From assembly GCA_965237525.1 (NCBI GenBank), contig CBDEFO010000003.1, positions 288,001 to 352,000 of the forward strand: a DNA stretch of 64,000 nucleotides. Direction: 5' to 3'. The notes beneath the pieces are model-generated. The model searched no databases. It had not been told where the DNA came from and saw only the letters and a program-made list of their open reading frames with translations. Shown here one piece after another: positions 62,929 through 64,000 of the stretch. How positions within the stretch are numbered: position 1 is the stretch's first letter; each line of letters begins with the position of its first letter. Both the position numbers and the translations under genes were made by a program. This stretch comes from Candidatus Latescibacterota bacterium. GTDB lineage: Bacteria > Latescibacterota > CBDEFO01.

Positions 62929-63969
62929 AAAAAACAACGGGTTACGACAATTAGATCGTAGCCCGTTTTTCGTTTGGTGACATATTGGTGACAGAAAGCG
63001 GGCTGGTGACAACTGAAAAGAGCCTGGTAACTCTTCTATGTACACGTTAGTAACAAATCATAATATTGACGGAATCTATTCCATAAGCGGCTTCGGAGCA
63101 AAAAAGGCAGTTGATGCAAATACACATCAACGAACTCATCTGGACGTTCGCTGAAGTGAAGCCACGTTGAGCCACCACCTTCAGCGCGGCTCAACGTAGG
63201 CATTCCGCGGGCGGAGCTTCAAACCCCATCCTTGGGTGCTACCCCCTACACCCCCCGAGATTGCATTCATTCGCACTCACGAGCGGCGGTATTCTGTCAT
63301 AATTTTCGGTTCTTCTCCAAAAAGTGTAGTTATTGACGGAAGTAGTTTTTTGAGACTTTAATATTGAAAGGCATCTGTCCTTTCCTGTATAGTTTATAGT
63401 AGCCCGATTAATTCATAAACTTGGTGGAGTCATTGCGAGGAGCAAAGCGACGAAGCAATCTCAAGGTTTTATAGTGGTCTCCTATGAGAGCCGGAGAGTA
63501 TTACATGTACCACAGAATCGAGATTGCTTCGCCTTGGGCTCGCAATGACACCGAAGGTGGTTAAACGGCATAACTATAATATAATACAACTCCTTAATTA
63601 GTACACGGCCTTTTTCTGTGAATTATTCTGGGGTAGTAAGAACAAACAAATACAGGAGGGGGTACAGGATCCCTAGTGACATCAGAGCAGAATGGCTTAA
63701 TCTGCCGAAAGTAAGAGTTAATCACGTAACTAGCCATAGTGACAGCACTGAAATTTATCTGGATCGAGATGTTCCGTTGGACTTTACTTGCTCTGGCTGT
63801 GGCCAGATATCCTTCCGGAGTTGGGATTGTCGGCAATCCAGGATTAGAGATCTGTCAGTTTTTGAATTTAAGGCTTATCTGGTCATAGATAAATATCGCA
63901 GCAATTGTCTAGTTTGCGGGGTGAAGATTGAAAGGCTTGACTTTGTTGATTCTTATTCCCGAATGCACT
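62929..63969 (+). repeat. ~0.8-kb direct repeat, copy 2, with a 230-bp MITE inserted; includes ISL3 left end (63308) and transposase fragment running off the window
   Basis: Colinear with 27794-28598 and preceded by GTGCTA, versus GTGCCA at the tRNA end. The ISL3 frame continues SRCTTRFEELVARL after a +1 frameshift. Confidence 0.9.
63403..63632 (+). mobile_element. MITE, copy 2, with 4-bp target duplication GTAG
   Basis: The empty site TTTATAGTAGTAAGAAC is visible in repeat copy 1 (~28257-28273). The filled site has GTAG on both sides. TIRs CCCGATTAATTCATAAA / TGTGAATTATTCTGGG. Confidence 0.88.
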
Positions 63970-64000
63970 ACCAGATTTGAGGAACTTGTAGCCAGACTCT

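Overview
Bacterial chromosomal window from a diderm organism. The dockerin, FlgD/T9SS-like C-terminal domains and PorV-like barrel suggest an FCB-group candidate lineage such as Latescibacterota or KSB1, but this is inference only. The left part (1-27.8 kb) is mostly housekeeping: a class III aminotransferase, an AIR-synthase-like gene, a small accessory methyltransferase + ABC-type ATPase + DUF4276-like insert, aroQ-hisC-hisB running into a surface-glycan cluster (GT9/GT4/GT2, flippase, wecB, YfhO-like), a solo recombinase-like gene with an operator-overlapped promoter, exbB-exbD-tonB, TPR and HD genes, a strongly structured intergenic RNA candidate, and tRNA-Arg(ACG). The right part (27.8-64 kb) is a ~35-kb accessory region that starts at the tRNA 3' end and is bracketed by a ~0.8-kb direct repeat. 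It contains nested IS remnants (ISL3, IS1380, IS1182, Tn3, a MITE), a GC-richer hydantoinase/oxoprolinase-SDR cluster, and a surface-protein locus. That locus has a PorV-like barrel fused to a transglutaminase-like/TPR region, two beta-propeller repeat proteins with type-B-like sorting tails, a cohesin-IPT-dockerin protein, and a ~2470-aa FG-GAP/18xIPT/dockerin giant under a sigma54 promoter next to a GAF-AAA+ activator. Several of these genes are broken by single-base lesions. The most notable observations are: (i) the barrel-transglutaminase plus cognate-cargo module, (ii) a 21-bp CCCCGATAGANTNAATCGGGG micro-hairpin found inside other elements and inside itself, and (iii) the ~270-nt multibranched RNA candidate next to tRNA-Arg. 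No CRISPR array, rRNA or integrase gene was seen.
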